This document shows positions 10,262 through 19,830 of a DNA stretch of 64,000 nt, piece after piece. Position 1 is the stretch's first letter; each line of letters opens with the position of its first letter. This DNA comes from Candidatus Latescibacterota bacterium (GTDB lineage Bacteria > Latescibacterota > UBA2968), in contig OZ242195.1 of the NCBI GenBank assembly GCA_965205975.1, positions 4,053,746 to 4,117,745 of the forward strand, written 5' to 3'. The notes beneath the pieces are model-generated. The model saw nothing but the letters and a program-made list of their open reading frames with translations. It made no database searches and was not told the DNA's origin. Position numbers and translations under genes: made by a program.

Positions 10262-10984
10262 TCACCCATACCCCAACACCTTCAAATACGCCTTCACCGT
10301 ATTCTCCAACCCCATAAAAACAGTATCTGCGATCAGCGCGTGACCAATAGACACCTCGAGAACACCGGGAATCGTCACAAATTCCCCCAAATTATCGAGA
10401 TTGAGATCGTGCCCGGCATTAACCCCCAGCCCCGCATCCTGTGCTGCGCGAGCCGAATCCGCGTACTGCCGAAAAACAGGCCCCACATCGCCCCCGTCAT
10501 AAGCAGAAGCATAAGACTCCGTATAAAGTTCAACGCGATCCGCACCCAGAGCCTTTGCCAGAGCCATATCCTCTGACACCGGATCCATAAACAGAGAAAC
10601 CCGAATACCCAGATCTTTCAACTCCGCAATAATCGGCACAAGCCGCTCGCCATCTCGCCTCAAATCCCAACCGTGATCGGACGTACTCTGATCCGGTTCA
10701 TCTGGCACCAGCGTACACTGATCGGGCACCACATCCCGCACCATATCCATAAACTCGGGAAAGGGATTGCCCTCAATATTGTACTCCACCCCCGAAATCA
10801 CCTCTTTCAACTCATAAACATCCGTCCTGCGAATATGCCGCTCGTCGGGCCGGGGATGCACCGTAATCCCATGCGCCCCCGCATCAATACACACCTGCGC
10901 CGCCCTTGTCACACTGGGAAAAGTAAGCGGCCTACTATTCCGCAACAGCGCCACCCGATTCAAATTCACACTGAGTTTGGTCAT
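10262..10984 (-). CDS. pdxJ: Pyridoxine 5'-phosphate synthase
   Basis: LSVNLN..ALLRN, GITVHPRPDERHI, VSLFMDP, VNAGHDLN, EVSIGHAL. Confidence 0.97.
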   Translation of the reverse strand: MTKLSVNLNRVALLRNSRPLTFPSVTRAAQVCIDAGAHGITVHPRPDERHIRRTDVYELKEVISGVEYNIEGNPFPEFMDMVRDVVPDQCTLVPDEPDQSTSDHGWDLRRDGERLVPIIAELKDLGIRVSLFMDPVSEDMALAKALGADRVELYTESYASAYDGGDVGPVFRQYADSARAAQDAGLGVNAGHDLNLDNLGEFVTIPGVLEVSIGHALIADTVFMGLENTVKAYLKVLGYG

Positions 10985-11118
10985 TGTAATTCCTATTAAA
11001 AAGGTGAGACATGATCTGGATTACTGGCGTTGTAGCCTACGCCTGTGTCCATTTCCTACTTCACAGTGAACTGGTCTGGGAAACGACCAGTTGTACACCG
11101 TTCCCTACTTCACACTTC

Positions 11119-11700
11119 TCACGGCGCCAGCAAAGCGCGCCTCCACGCGCCATCATCTTGCCGAACATACAAAAACCGATCGTGCAACCGATCATCCCTA
11201 TTCACCCAAAATTCAAACCGATCGGGAACCACCCGATAGCCCCCCCAAAAATCCGGCAACGGCACATCCTCTCCCGGATATTTACGATCCAATTCTGCCA
11301 CGCGACCTTCCAAAAATGCCCGATCGGGAATCGCCTCGCTTTGCGGAGACGCCCACGCACTCAAACGACTACCCCGGGGACGCGAATCAAAATACGCTTT
11401 AGACACCTCATCCGAAACAGCCTCAACCCGTCCCTCAATACGCACCTGCCTGACCAGCGACTTCCAGTGAAACAGCAGGGCAGCCCTGGGATTCTCCGCC
11501 AACTCATCTGCCTTGCGACTCTCCAGATTCGTAAAAAACACAAACCCATCCCGATCGCACTGCTTCACCAGCACCATACGCACCGAAGGCTTTCCATCGC
11601 GCGTCGCCGTCGCCAGAGCCACGGCCTCGGGCAGCGTCGGCTCCGAAGCCCTCGCCTCTTCAAACCACATCTCAAACTGAACAAAAGGATCTGGATTCAT
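11119..11700 (-). CDS. pdxH: Pyridoxamine 5'-phosphate oxidase
   Basis: PSVRMVLVK, FFTN.ESRK, RQVRIEG, YFDSRP, ASPQS, FEFW...RLHDR. Confidence 0.96.
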   Translation of the reverse strand: MNPDPFVQFEMWFEEARASEPTLPEAVALATATRDGKPSVRMVLVKQCDRDGFVFFTNLESRKADELAENPRAALLFHWKSLVRQVRIEGRVEAVSDEVSKAYFDSRPRGSRLSAWASPQSEAIPDRAFLEGRVAELDRKYPGEDVPLPDFWGGYRVVPDRFEFWVNRDDRLHDRFLYVRQDDGAWRRALLAP

Positions 11701-12205
11701 ATTTTTTCCTGAGTGACTTAATCAAATAAATGCGCGTCTCTCGCCAGTTGCTCTGCCCACCATTGGCATCAGTATAAACACCCCGAGCCAAATACGGCTC
11801 CCATCCCGCATCCTTGTACCCGCGGCGAGCGTACAAATTGAGCGCAGGATGATTCTTCACGTAAACGCACAGACCAATATTCTCATAGCCCCGCTGAAAA
11901 GTAATCCGCTCACACACCTCTAACAACCGCGACGCAATGCCCCTTCGCCGATAATCTGGATGCACAAAAAGCGACGACACCTCGGGCCATGGTCGCACTT
12001 GCGGCGGCACGCCAGCAGCATCGCCACCTTCCCAATTGAGCAACACCTGAGCCACCGGCAAATTGCCCCGCCATGCCACGAAAAAAATGAGCCTGCCGGA
12101 TTCCTGTAGCATAAACCGCCGCCGCTGCGTTTCTTTACGACTAAACGGCAAATACTGAAGCCGAAACACTTCAGACGATTTCAGAGACCGAATATCAATA
12201 TCCAT
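11672..12205 (-). CDS. GNAT family N-acetyltransferase
   Basis: LFVHPDYRRRGIASRLL motif A; NHPALNLY.RRGY. Confidence 0.85.
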   Translation of the reverse strand: MDIDIRSLKSSEVFRLQYLPFSRKETQRRRFMLQESGRLIFFVAWRGNLPVAQVLLNWEGGDAAGVPPQVRPWPEVSSLFVHPDYRRRGIASRLLEVCERITFQRGYENIGLCVYVKNHPALNLYARRGYKDAGWEPYLARGVYTDANGGQSNWRETRIYLIKSLRKKYESRSFCSV

Positions 12206-12213
12206 AAAAGTAA

Positions 12214-12242
12214 ATTATACCGAACACCGCCCCAATATGCAA
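12214..12242 (-). promoter_or_regulatory. Putative sigma-70 promoter, near-leaderless, for GNAT-pdxH
   Basis: Minus strand TTGCAT-17 nt-TATAAT; ATG 8 nt downstream of the -10 box with no SD. Confidence 0.55.
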
Positions 12243-12243
12243 G

Positions 12244-12279
12244 ACACCGCGACGTACAATTTTCGCTCGCTCAGTCTAA
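12244..12279 (+). promoter_or_regulatory. Repeated motif, putative ECF-sigma promoter, copy 1
   Basis: acaccgcgacgtacaattttc-N9-gtctaa; repeated with the same spacing at 16340-16375. Confidence 0.45.
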
Positions 12280-12308
12280 GTCATATAACACATAACCGGA
12301 GCACTTTC

Positions 12309-12872
12309 ATGAACCATCTCATCTTGATCAAACACGCCCAGCCTCAAATCGACAAAACAAAATCCGCCCCAGACTGGCAACTATCGGACAGCGGACGCGC
12401 AAGTTGCACCCCTCTCGCCGAAGCATTGCGCCCCTACAAACCAGACCTCCTCATCACAAGCGAAGAACCCAAAGCACGAGAAACGGGTCAACGCGTCGCC
12501 GACATCCTTCAAATCCCCTATACATCAGCACCCAACCTTCACGAACACGACCGCAAAGGCGTCCCCTTTATCCCCCCAGAAACATGGCACACCACCGTAA
12601 AAACCTTCTTCGCACGCCCCAACGACCTGATATTCGGCAATGAAACAGCACATCAGGCCCGCACGCGATTCACTCAAGCCGTTGAAAAAGCAGTGAAAAC
12701 ACACCCGCACAAAACCATCGCCATCGCCACCCACGGCACCGTCATCTCTCTATTCACCGCCCAAAAAACCCGGACAAATGGCTTCGACCTCTGGCAACAA
12801 CTAAACCTCCCATCTTATGTGGTATTCGACCTGCCTGATTACAAATTGAACACCATTGTAACAGAAATATGA
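12309..12872 (+). CDS. Histidine phosphatase family protein
   Basis: LILIKHAQP (RHG variant), SEEPKARET, IATHG. Confidence 0.85.
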   Translation: MNHLILIKHAQPQIDKTKSAPDWQLSDSGRASCTPLAEALRPYKPDLLITSEEPKARETGQRVADILQIPYTSAPNLHEHDRKGVPFIPPETWHTTVKTFFARPNDLIFGNETAHQARTRFTQAVEKAVKTHPHKTIAIATHGTVISLFTAQKTRTNGFDLWQQLNLPSYVVFDLPDYKLNTIVTEI

Positions 12873-13303
12873 GGATTCGGAATGAGGAGCGCGAACAAGT
12901 GCGACTTGCAAACAAATTGCACGCGGCCTTTGAAACCGAGCCTCTTGAGGATGGTATGCACCATAAGGCTGAGGACATTATAGGACAGGCATTGCAATCT
13001 GGGGAAGACGTACGCATTCTCGAATGGTTGAGAGCCTTTTCCTTAGATGATACGCAACCGAGTTTCGCAGCGTCCATTCTGCGTTGTCTTCGTCGCCAGG
13101 AATATTTAGGAACAAGCTCATGGCGTTCTGAACTCGTACGCGATGCGTTAGCTTTAGATGATGTGGAGATTAGGGATGCCGCCGTTCAAGCAGCGGAATT
13201 GTGGGGCGATAGTGACATTCTGCCAGTTCTGAAATCGCATTCTGAGCCAGAATCGTGGCTGCGAGATTATATTTCTGACGTCATTGACGACCTTGGGGAA
13301 TAG
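12869..13303 (+). CDS. Hypothetical HEAT-repeat-like protein, possibly 5'-truncated
   Basis: DDVEIRDAAVQAAELWGD and EPESWLRDY. Confidence 0.6.
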   Translation: MRIRNEEREQVRLANKLHAAFETEPLEDGMHHKAEDIIGQALQSGEDVRILEWLRAFSLDDTQPSFAASILRCLRRQEYLGTSSWRSELVRDALALDDVEIRDAAVQAAELWGDSDILPVLKSHSEPESWLRDYISDVIDDLGE

Positions 13304-13355
13304 ACGCGACCAATTCTGCTCTAATTACGTGACTGCACCGAACCGCGCACGGGCG

Positions 13356-14233
13356 TGTTAGCGGACGGCCACACTATATTTCGCCAATCATATCCTTGAC
13401 CCTACATATACCATACTCGCTTACCTTCCAGGTCAATCCAAGTCGTGAACCGATTTCCCTGCGCTGCTCCTCATGTAGTTCCGCCAGGTTATAGTAAGCC
13501 TTCTTGAGTGAATTCCGTGTTGGCTGTGGGAATAGGGTCGCAAATCGGCCAGCCAGGTGCGATGGCATCCGCTGCTCGAACTGCCTGGGCGTGAATTTGT
13601 GTTCTCCCTGTAGATATGCATGCCATTTCTCCACGATGTTGCGTAGATCGGCAAACGACCAGGCTGCGGAATAGTACTCACCACGCTTCGTGTGCAAAAC
13701 AACATACACAAGCCAAGCCCAGAGACGTTCGTCTTCATGGATCAACAGTTCTTCACTGAGAGTCGGCCTGTTCTCGCGGCGTACCTTATCATTCGAAACT
13801 TGACACCATTCTTCAAGCCTGTCTGACTTCGACCAGATAAGATGAAAGGGCCCTCCCTTCCAACCTGGCAAGTCCTCCTCTATGTACAGATTGATGTCTG
13901 CCTTGACGCACGGCTCGAAAAGATAGATAACGAAATACTCCTTGATGTGATCTGCATCAAATCGGTGGAACCACGGTTCGGTCGCCCAATTCCACCTTTT
14001 AGACCAGACAGCATCTCGGATTTTCTGGGAATCAAGAACAACCCCTAAATCAAGGTCGGATTGCTCGTCCATTTCCCCGGTAGCTTGACTTCCGCTGACG
14101 AAGATGCCGATGACTCTGTCTATTTTCCGAAAGTGTCGCAATAGACTGTCAAAAACGCGTCTGTGCTCAGGGAGATTGACTATATCGAGCATCAGGAGAA
14201 TCCTTTGCCAGTATTGTGTGGCTGTCCGCTAAC
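13356..14233. mobile_element. Isolated integron-cassette-like element
   Basis: Terminal inverted repeats gttagcggacggccacac (13356-13373) and gtgtggctgtccgctaac (14216-14233) frame a single ORF; GTTAG/CTAAC core-like ends. Confidence 0.55.
13374..14192 (-). CDS. Pol-beta superfamily nucleotidyltransferase with C-terminal helical domain (antibiotic-adenylyltransferase-like)
   Basis: GSQATGEMDEQSDLDL motif; RGEY helical region. Confidence 0.75.
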   Translation of the reverse strand: MLDIVNLPEHRRVFDSLLRHFRKIDRVIGIFVSGSQATGEMDEQSDLDLGVVLDSQKIRDAVWSKRWNWATEPWFHRFDADHIKEYFVIYLFEPCVKADINLYIEEDLPGWKGGPFHLIWSKSDRLEEWCQVSNDKVRRENRPTLSEELLIHEDERLWAWLVYVVLHTKRGEYYSAAWSFADLRNIVEKWHAYLQGEHKFTPRQFEQRMPSHLAGRFATLFPQPTRNSLKKAYYNLAELHEEQRREIGSRLGLTWKVSEYGICRVKDMIGEI

Positions 14234-14535
14234 TACGTTATTCACGCACCAGTTCAGTTATACCATCAATATACAGGCACTACGCGAAAGTGTGCAAACG
14301 CGTTTTCGGACGAGGAATTTGTGAATAGGCTCGGGGTAGGATCACGCTTTGGGCTTTCCGCATTGAGACATTTTGAAGGGATTAAATTTTGCATATAATT
14401 ATCGTTATACGCAAAAACGTCATTGCAAGTCCCTGTTTTTTCAAGTAAATTGCAAATAGGCATTTATCATTATACGCAAAAAGCGGATGGGCAATTCGCC
14501 CGGTTCGACAGCGCGTTTTAGGAAATACTCAGGGT

Positions 14536-14874
14536 ATGAATGCGAAAGAACAAAAAATTACAGAACCGCTTTTGGATGAGATCGCAAACAAAATTGTCGA
14601 ACACTTTCATCCAGATCAGATTATCCTCTTTGGCTCTCATGCTTATGGCGAGCCAAAGACCGATAGCGATTTAGATTTGTTCGTCATTATGGATACAGAT
14701 TTGCGTCCAACCGCGCGCAGTGCCGCAATTGCTCGTATTTGTCGTCCCAAATACGTTGCGATGGATATTGTCGTGCGTACACCTGAAGAAATTCAAACCC
14801 ATCTGCAAAACTTTGATCCCTTTCTCGAGGAAATATTCAAACTTGGACGCACCCTCTACAAATCCGCCGGGTGA
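14536..14874 (+). CDS. Minimal nucleotidyltransferase (MNT antitoxin-like)
   Basis: IILFGSHAYG...DSDLDLFVI, MDIVVRTPEE. Confidence 0.9.
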   Translation: MNAKEQKITEPLLDEIANKIVEHFHPDQIILFGSHAYGEPKTDSDLDLFVIMDTDLRPTARSAAIARICRPKYVAMDIVVRTPEEIQTHLQNFDPFLEEIFKLGRTLYKSAG

Positions 14875-14895
14875 TATACAAGCGTGGGTCTATGT
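14843..14895 (+). pseudogene. Possible truncated N-terminus of a HEPN partner gene
   Basis: Overlapping frame DAPSTNPPGDIQAWV at the usual HEPN position, then unrelated sequence. Confidence 0.3.
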
Positions 14896-15037
14896 TGAAT
14901 CTCGAAGATGCATGATATCCTGCTCTATTGAACAAATTGGCGCATTGCGAACGCATCTGTTCTACCAGTCGTATCCACCTGAGCAAATTCTCCAGACACT
15001 GTCTGGAGAATCTGAATCCAGACAGGAGGATTAAACT

Positions 15038-15385
15038 ATGATGCTGAATACATCAGCAGTAGAGATTGATGAAAGTGGTATATCTATAAGCAAGATAGAC
15101 AATAATGTTACTGTCAGAGGCTCACTACAGAACCATCACGCTGAAAAGGTTAAAGTCATATTTTCCGCTGTCGTATTCTTAGCGGATGTGCGGATAGCCG
15201 ATAAGGGTGACAGAAATTTTTCTTTTGGGAGAAACGATATTCTTCATGAATTTTACCTTTCAGAAGAACTCGATGCACAAGAGCACAAACCATTTGAATC
15301 TATCCCTTATGAAATTAATGAGTCGGACGCCGACAACGCCATGCTTGCGTATTATACCACAGTGCTTGCGGTCTCTGAGTTATGA
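15038..15385 (+). CDS. Hypothetical protein
   Basis: 115-aa ORF with AGGAGG SD. Confidence 0.6.
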   Translation: MMLNTSAVEIDESGISISKIDNNVTVRGSLQNHHAEKVKVIFSAVVFLADVRIADKGDRNFSFGRNDILHEFYLSEELDAQEHKPFESIPYEINESDADNAMLAYYTTVLAVSEL

Positions 15386-15403
15386 TTGGAACGAAGGAGA
15401 ACC

Positions 15404-16321
15404 ATGAAACGAACGCAATGGTTACTCTTGATCTATACTGCAATCTCTCTAAACAGTACCTTTGCAGAAGAGCACGCGAAGAACGCACCAGTCTCCCTAA
15501 CCTCCCGGTGGGCGATTCCCGATTCTACTCAAATACAGGTACTTGAAACAACCGATGGATCGACAAATATCGGACGCATTGTGGAAATTGGTACTGAAGA
15601 GATCGCATTTAAGACAGACCTGGGCATTATCCACATCCCTATTTCAAAGATCAAACACATTGAAACAGTGTCTGCCGACTTAATACGAAAGGGAGAATTC
15701 TGGTTCCCAAATCCCAATATAACACGCCTATTCTTTGCACCTACGGCGCGCATGTTGAAACAGGGCAAAGGTTATTTTGCCGATTATTATCTCTTTTTTC
15801 CGGGCTTTGCTTATGGGATCACAGACCGCTTTACTCTGGGAGGTGGACTTTCCATCTTTCCCACCGTGGATATAAATGACCAATTATTTTTTCTTGCACC
15901 AAAATTCGGATTAGTACAGGAAAAGACTTTCTCCTTAGCCATAGGCGCACTTCTCGTGCGTATTCCCAATTATGAGAATGATGCCTCGCAAGATGACCCT
16001 GAAGTCGCGGGCATATTATATGGTGTAACAACATTTGGGCAACCCGATGCCAGCCTGACTGCAGGACTTGGTTATGGTTTTGTGGAGGGAGACCTCGCAG
16101 ATCGTCCCATGGTAATGATTGGGGGAGAGAAGCGCTTGACGCGACGGACGGCATTTGTTACAGAAAACTGGATCTTTCCCGGCATAGACGAACCCTTGAT
16201 CTCTTATGGAATAAGATTCTTTGGCAAACGATTAAGCGTAGATCTGGGACTGATCAATACAATCGGAGAAGGCGCAATTTTTCCCGGCGTTCCGTATATT
16301 GATTTTGTCGTCCAGTTTTGA
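15404..16321 (+). CDS. Secreted/outer-membrane hypothetical protein
   Basis: Signal-peptide-like N-terminus, RLFFAPTARML..G.GYF, alternating beta pattern, terminal Phe. Confidence 0.75.
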   Translation: MKRTQWLLLIYTAISLNSTFAEEHAKNAPVSLTSRWAIPDSTQIQVLETTDGSTNIGRIVEIGTEEIAFKTDLGIIHIPISKIKHIETVSADLIRKGEFWFPNPNITRLFFAPTARMLKQGKGYFADYYLFFPGFAYGITDRFTLGGGLSIFPTVDINDQLFFLAPKFGLVQEKTFSLAIGALLVRIPNYENDASQDDPEVAGILYGVTTFGQPDASLTAGLGYGFVEGDLADRPMVMIGGEKRLTRRTAFVTENWIFPGIDEPLISYGIRFFGKRLSVDLGLINTIGEGAIFPGVPYIDFVVQF

Positions 16322-16339
16322 TTACGCACTTTTTGCCGT

Positions 16340-16375
16340 ACACCGTGACGTACAATTTTCACCTGTCCGGTCTAA
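16340..16375 (+). promoter_or_regulatory. Repeated motif, putative ECF-sigma promoter, copy 2
   Basis: acaccgtgacgtacaattttc-N9-gtctaa. Confidence 0.4.
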
Positions 16376-16385
16376 TATACAGGCT

Positions 16386-16439
16386 GGGACGGCACAAGGG
16401 ACGGCCCCTACGATGACATTGTAATCGTCCGCTGACCGC
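16386..16439. repeat. GTAG REP, inverted partial copy of the 10.2-kb doublet
   Basis: gggacggcac..ggcccctacgatgacattgt is approximately the reverse complement of 10217-10257. Confidence 0.6.
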
Positions 16440-16705
16440 CGCCCCGCCTCATTTTCCAAAAAATAATTTTTTTGTATGGTACAGATTTTTTCTTGCACGA
16501 AAATACAGAACGGGCTATATTGTCCAATCCCAAAAACAAAAGCCCTCTGATATTAGGAGATAAATACCTTAAATTACACATATTTAGGTAAAAATAGATG
16601 GTCTATTCACACTGCCATTATCCCTCCAGGAGGCGGCGATTATGCCCTGGAGACTAAAATTTTGCCAACCCCTGAGTGGGGTTTTTGGTGCCTACACCCT
16701 ACGTG

Positions 16706-16740
16706 CCCGACATCGAGATAGATTCGATGTCGGGTTTTTT
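16706..16740 (+). terminator. Terminator-like hairpin in the leader of the ECF sigma gene
   Basis: cccgacatcga-gatagat-tcgatgtcggg followed by a T-run. Confidence 0.7.
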
Positions 16741-16834
16741 GTTGCCCTTCGGGGACCACCCCAAACACCCATCGGTGCAGAACACAGCAGATGATCCAAA
16801 AAACAACATGACCTCACGACACAAGAGGAGTATC

Positions 16835-17401
16835 ATGGCACCGAACGAAGAACAGACAATGGTACTAAAAGCGCGGATGGGTGATGGGATCGCATTTGGC
16901 AAATTGTACAAAGCAAACGTAGCCCGAATTTATGCAATCGTAGCCAGCCACACAAAAAACAAGGACGACATCGACGACCTCGTCCAAATCGCATTTATAA
17001 AAGCATACCAGGGACTCAACCGCTTTCGCGGTGACGCGGCATTCTCAACCTGGTTGACCCGCATAGCCGTGAACGTATGCCTCTCGCACTGCGAATCGCA
17101 ATCTGTGCGACGCAAATGGACAACCTATTTTCACACCCCAGAAGGCATAGAAAAAATCGCCCCATCCTGCGCCCAGGACCCGGAAACCGCCCTGCACGCA
17201 CGAGAAAGCCAGCACCTCGTACGCAAAAGCATACAAACACTGCCGCAACAATATCGCGAAGCCATGCGCTTGCGCTATATCGAGGACTACTCGTATGCCG
17301 AAATCGAAAAAGCAATGCAAGTACCCATAGGCACCGTAAAAACCTGGCTGTACCGCGGAAAAATCCTGCTTCGAGAAACCATTGGAGAAAGGGAAATGTA
17401 A
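16835..17401 (+). CDS. ECF RNA polymerase sigma factor
   Basis: DDLVQIAFIKAY, FRGDAAFSTWLTRIAVN, YSYAEI...PIGTVKTWLYRG. Confidence 0.93.
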   Translation: MAPNEEQTMVLKARMGDGIAFGKLYKANVARIYAIVASHTKNKDDIDDLVQIAFIKAYQGLNRFRGDAAFSTWLTRIAVNVCLSHCESQSVRRKWTTYFHTPEGIEKIAPSCAQDPETALHARESQHLVRKSIQTLPQQYREAMRLRYIEDYSYAEIEKAMQVPIGTVKTWLYRGKILLRETIGEREM

Positions 17402-17414
17402 ATCGGAGACCCCC

Positions 17415-17807
17415 ATGACCAAATTCAGCACAAAATACCTGCCCCAAAAACCCGACGTCACTGCACCCGACGGATCCGACGTCCGCATACTCCTCGTACT
17501 CAAAAACGGCGGCATGGCCCACTTTGAACTCCCCCCGGGAAAAACATCCATCGCCATTGCCCACCGCACCGTCGAAGAAATCTGGTACATCATCACCGGA
17601 CAGGGCGAAATGTGGCGCAAACAGGGCAACCGCGAAGAAATCGCATCCCTCGCCCCCGGCGTAACCCTCACCATACCACAGGGCACGCACTTCCAATTTC
17701 GCGCCCACAACAGCGAACCCCTGTGCGCCATCGCCATCACCATGCCCCCGTGGCCGGGCGACGATGAAGCCTACCGCGTACAGGGAAAATGGGAACCGAG
17801 GACATAA
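17415..17807 (+). CDS. Cupin domain protein
   Basis: APDGSDVR, HRTVEEIWY, IPQGTHFQFR, TMPPWPG. Confidence 0.9.
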   Translation: MTKFSTKYLPQKPDVTAPDGSDVRILLVLKNGGMAHFELPPGKTSIAIAHRTVEEIWYIITGQGEMWRKQGNREEIASLAPGVTLTIPQGTHFQFRAHNSEPLCAIAITMPPWPGDDEAYRVQGKWEPRT

Positions 17808-17840
17808 AAAAAGCCTGTACCGTTCGTGGTACAGGCTTTT
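17806..17840. terminator. Bidirectional terminator between convergent genes
   Basis: aaaaaagcctgtacc-gttcgt-ggtacaggctttt. Confidence 0.8.
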
Positions 17841-17909
17841 GAAATACCCGTCTGTGTGATCTGGAATCATCTATCCCGCCACGGGCGGGCACGGGGCCCC
17901 GCCCCTACA

Positions 17910-19676
17910 TCAAACTTCCTCATCCGGATCCTCAGCCGAAAGATCCTCTCCCCTGTGCAGTCGAAGTGCCAAATTCGCCGTCTGTCCCAACGCACGCGCC
18001 GTTGGTGCATGCGCTGCCAGATAGCGCGCCGCGCCCACCAGCGTAATCCATGCGCGCTCCTCATCCAACTCCTCTGCCTGGCTAAACGCCGACTCCAGCA
18101 TCTGAAACGAATGAAACTCGGCATCTTCTCGCAGCAACACATGGCCCAACCGCTCGCACAAAGCACCGCGCGGATGACCCAGCGACAAATACCGATACGC
18201 AATCCGTCCCGCCTCATCCACCTGTGCCTGAGTATCGAGCAATGCCACAAAAGAATCCAGCAACTCATCTGCATCCTCCGGCAACTGCTGGGTCGCGCGC
18301 TGATCCTGCGGCAAACGGGCGGCTGGCTTATTAAACCACCGATCAAAATACAGTGCCATTGCACCGTGAAAAATCCCCCGCGCCAGATCCAAAGACGGCG
18401 CGCGCTTTGCACATTGATGTAGCGCATTGGCCGCCGAATGCGTATGCAGCACAGCAATCCAATCGGCAAACTCATTCTTAATGTGAAACCGCGCAATCCG
18501 CAAAGCCGCTGCATAAGTCAGCGTCTGCGTCAACTGCGTCAGCGTCGCCCCCCCGGCAAACGCCGCCTTCAACCCATCCACAATCGCGTGCGGATCATCG
18601 CCTGACAAAACCTCCGTCAAAGCATCCGCATCGTCCCACGTCTTCCCCTCGCCCTCTCGCACCAGATCCTCAAGCTCATCAAACGCGCCGTTTAACAACG
18701 CCACCAGATCAACGGGACTGCGCCACCGATTGAGCTCCTCACTCCGCTGAGAACCCGAAAGCACCCCTACCAGCGACGGCAAAATCTCATCGGCCTTGTC
18801 CCATCCAATGCGCTCGAGCACCTCAAAACCCTTATTGATAAAATCCAGCACATGCCCGCCATCGCGATAAAAGTGATCCGTCGCTGCCGTCACCAGCATA
18901 TCGCACGTCTCCGAAGGCGTTGCCCCCATCTGGATCGCCGTCAACAACGCGCGCTCCGCCCCATCGGCATTCCGCACCTCAATCAAATAGCGGAACCACG
19001 CCTTAATCCGCGCCAGCGTCAACTCCTCTGTCTCCAGAGGCGTAAAAACAATCCTCGGCGCTGCATTACTCGTTTCGCTCGCCACATGCAACAACCCCTG
19101 ATACAACGCCAGAACCTGATCCTCGGGCGCCAGCTTTGGCACCACATTCGCCATACACGTCAAAATCGTCAACCCCGGACCCCATCCCTGACGCCGCCTC
19201 AGCGCACCATACCGCGCGCCAATCTCCGCTATCTCATCGCCATCGACCCGCTGACCCCGAAGCGCGATCACCGACTTGGCAATCACCAGATTGATATTCT
19301 GCTCCAAACTCTCGCTCAACCGCCGCTTCCAATGCCCCACCGGATCGGGATGCGTGGCATGCACATTGACATAAATCTCTCCATCCTGCACATCCACCGG
19401 ATAACTCCGCACATCATCCGCAAACGGATCAAACGTACACCCACTCACCAGATCAAACCGCGCGTGATGCCAGTGGCAAATAATCAACCCATTGTGAATC
19501 GTCCCCTCACTCAGCGGATATCCCATATGCGGACACCGGTTATCCACCGCCCGGATCTCGCCGTCCGACTTTGCCAGCGCAATCGCATAGCCCTCCACAT
19601 TCACCGCCATAATCCCACCCTCGGGAATATCCTCCACACGCGCGCAGGGCACATAATCAAGTGTCGTCACAGCCAT
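17910..19676 (-). CDS. Rieske (2Fe-2S) domain protein with a large helical C-terminal region
   Basis: CPHMG...CHWHHARFD Rieske motif; start MAVTT after AAGGAGG. Confidence 0.9.
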   Translation of the reverse strand: MAVTTLDYVPCARVEDIPEGGIMAVNVEGYAIALAKSDGEIRAVDNRCPHMGYPLSEGTIHNGLIICHWHHARFDLVSGCTFDPFADDVRSYPVDVQDGEIYVNVHATHPDPVGHWKRRLSESLEQNINLVIAKSVIALRGQRVDGDEIAEIGARYGALRRRQGWGPGLTILTCMANVVPKLAPEDQVLALYQGLLHVASETSNAAPRIVFTPLETEELTLARIKAWFRYLIEVRNADGAERALLTAIQMGATPSETCDMLVTAATDHFYRDGGHVLDFINKGFEVLERIGWDKADEILPSLVGVLSGSQRSEELNRWRSPVDLVALLNGAFDELEDLVREGEGKTWDDADALTEVLSGDDPHAIVDGLKAAFAGGATLTQLTQTLTYAAALRIARFHIKNEFADWIAVLHTHSAANALHQCAKRAPSLDLARGIFHGAMALYFDRWFNKPAARLPQDQRATQQLPEDADELLDSFVALLDTQAQVDEAGRIAYRYLSLGHPRGALCERLGHVLLREDAEFHSFQMLESAFSQAEELDEERAWITLVGAARYLAAHAPTARALGQTANLALRLHRGEDLSAEDPDEEV

Positions 19677-19830
19677 GGTATGCCTCCTTTTGAAAAGTAA
19701 GAAGTGAGAAGTAAGAAGTGAGAAGACCCAGCCCAACCACCCCATTGTCTCACCCCAAAAATACACCCTCCGAAATCCCAAAACACCGTCCCCAGGGACA
19801 AAAACAACCTGTCCTTTCGGACAGGTCATC

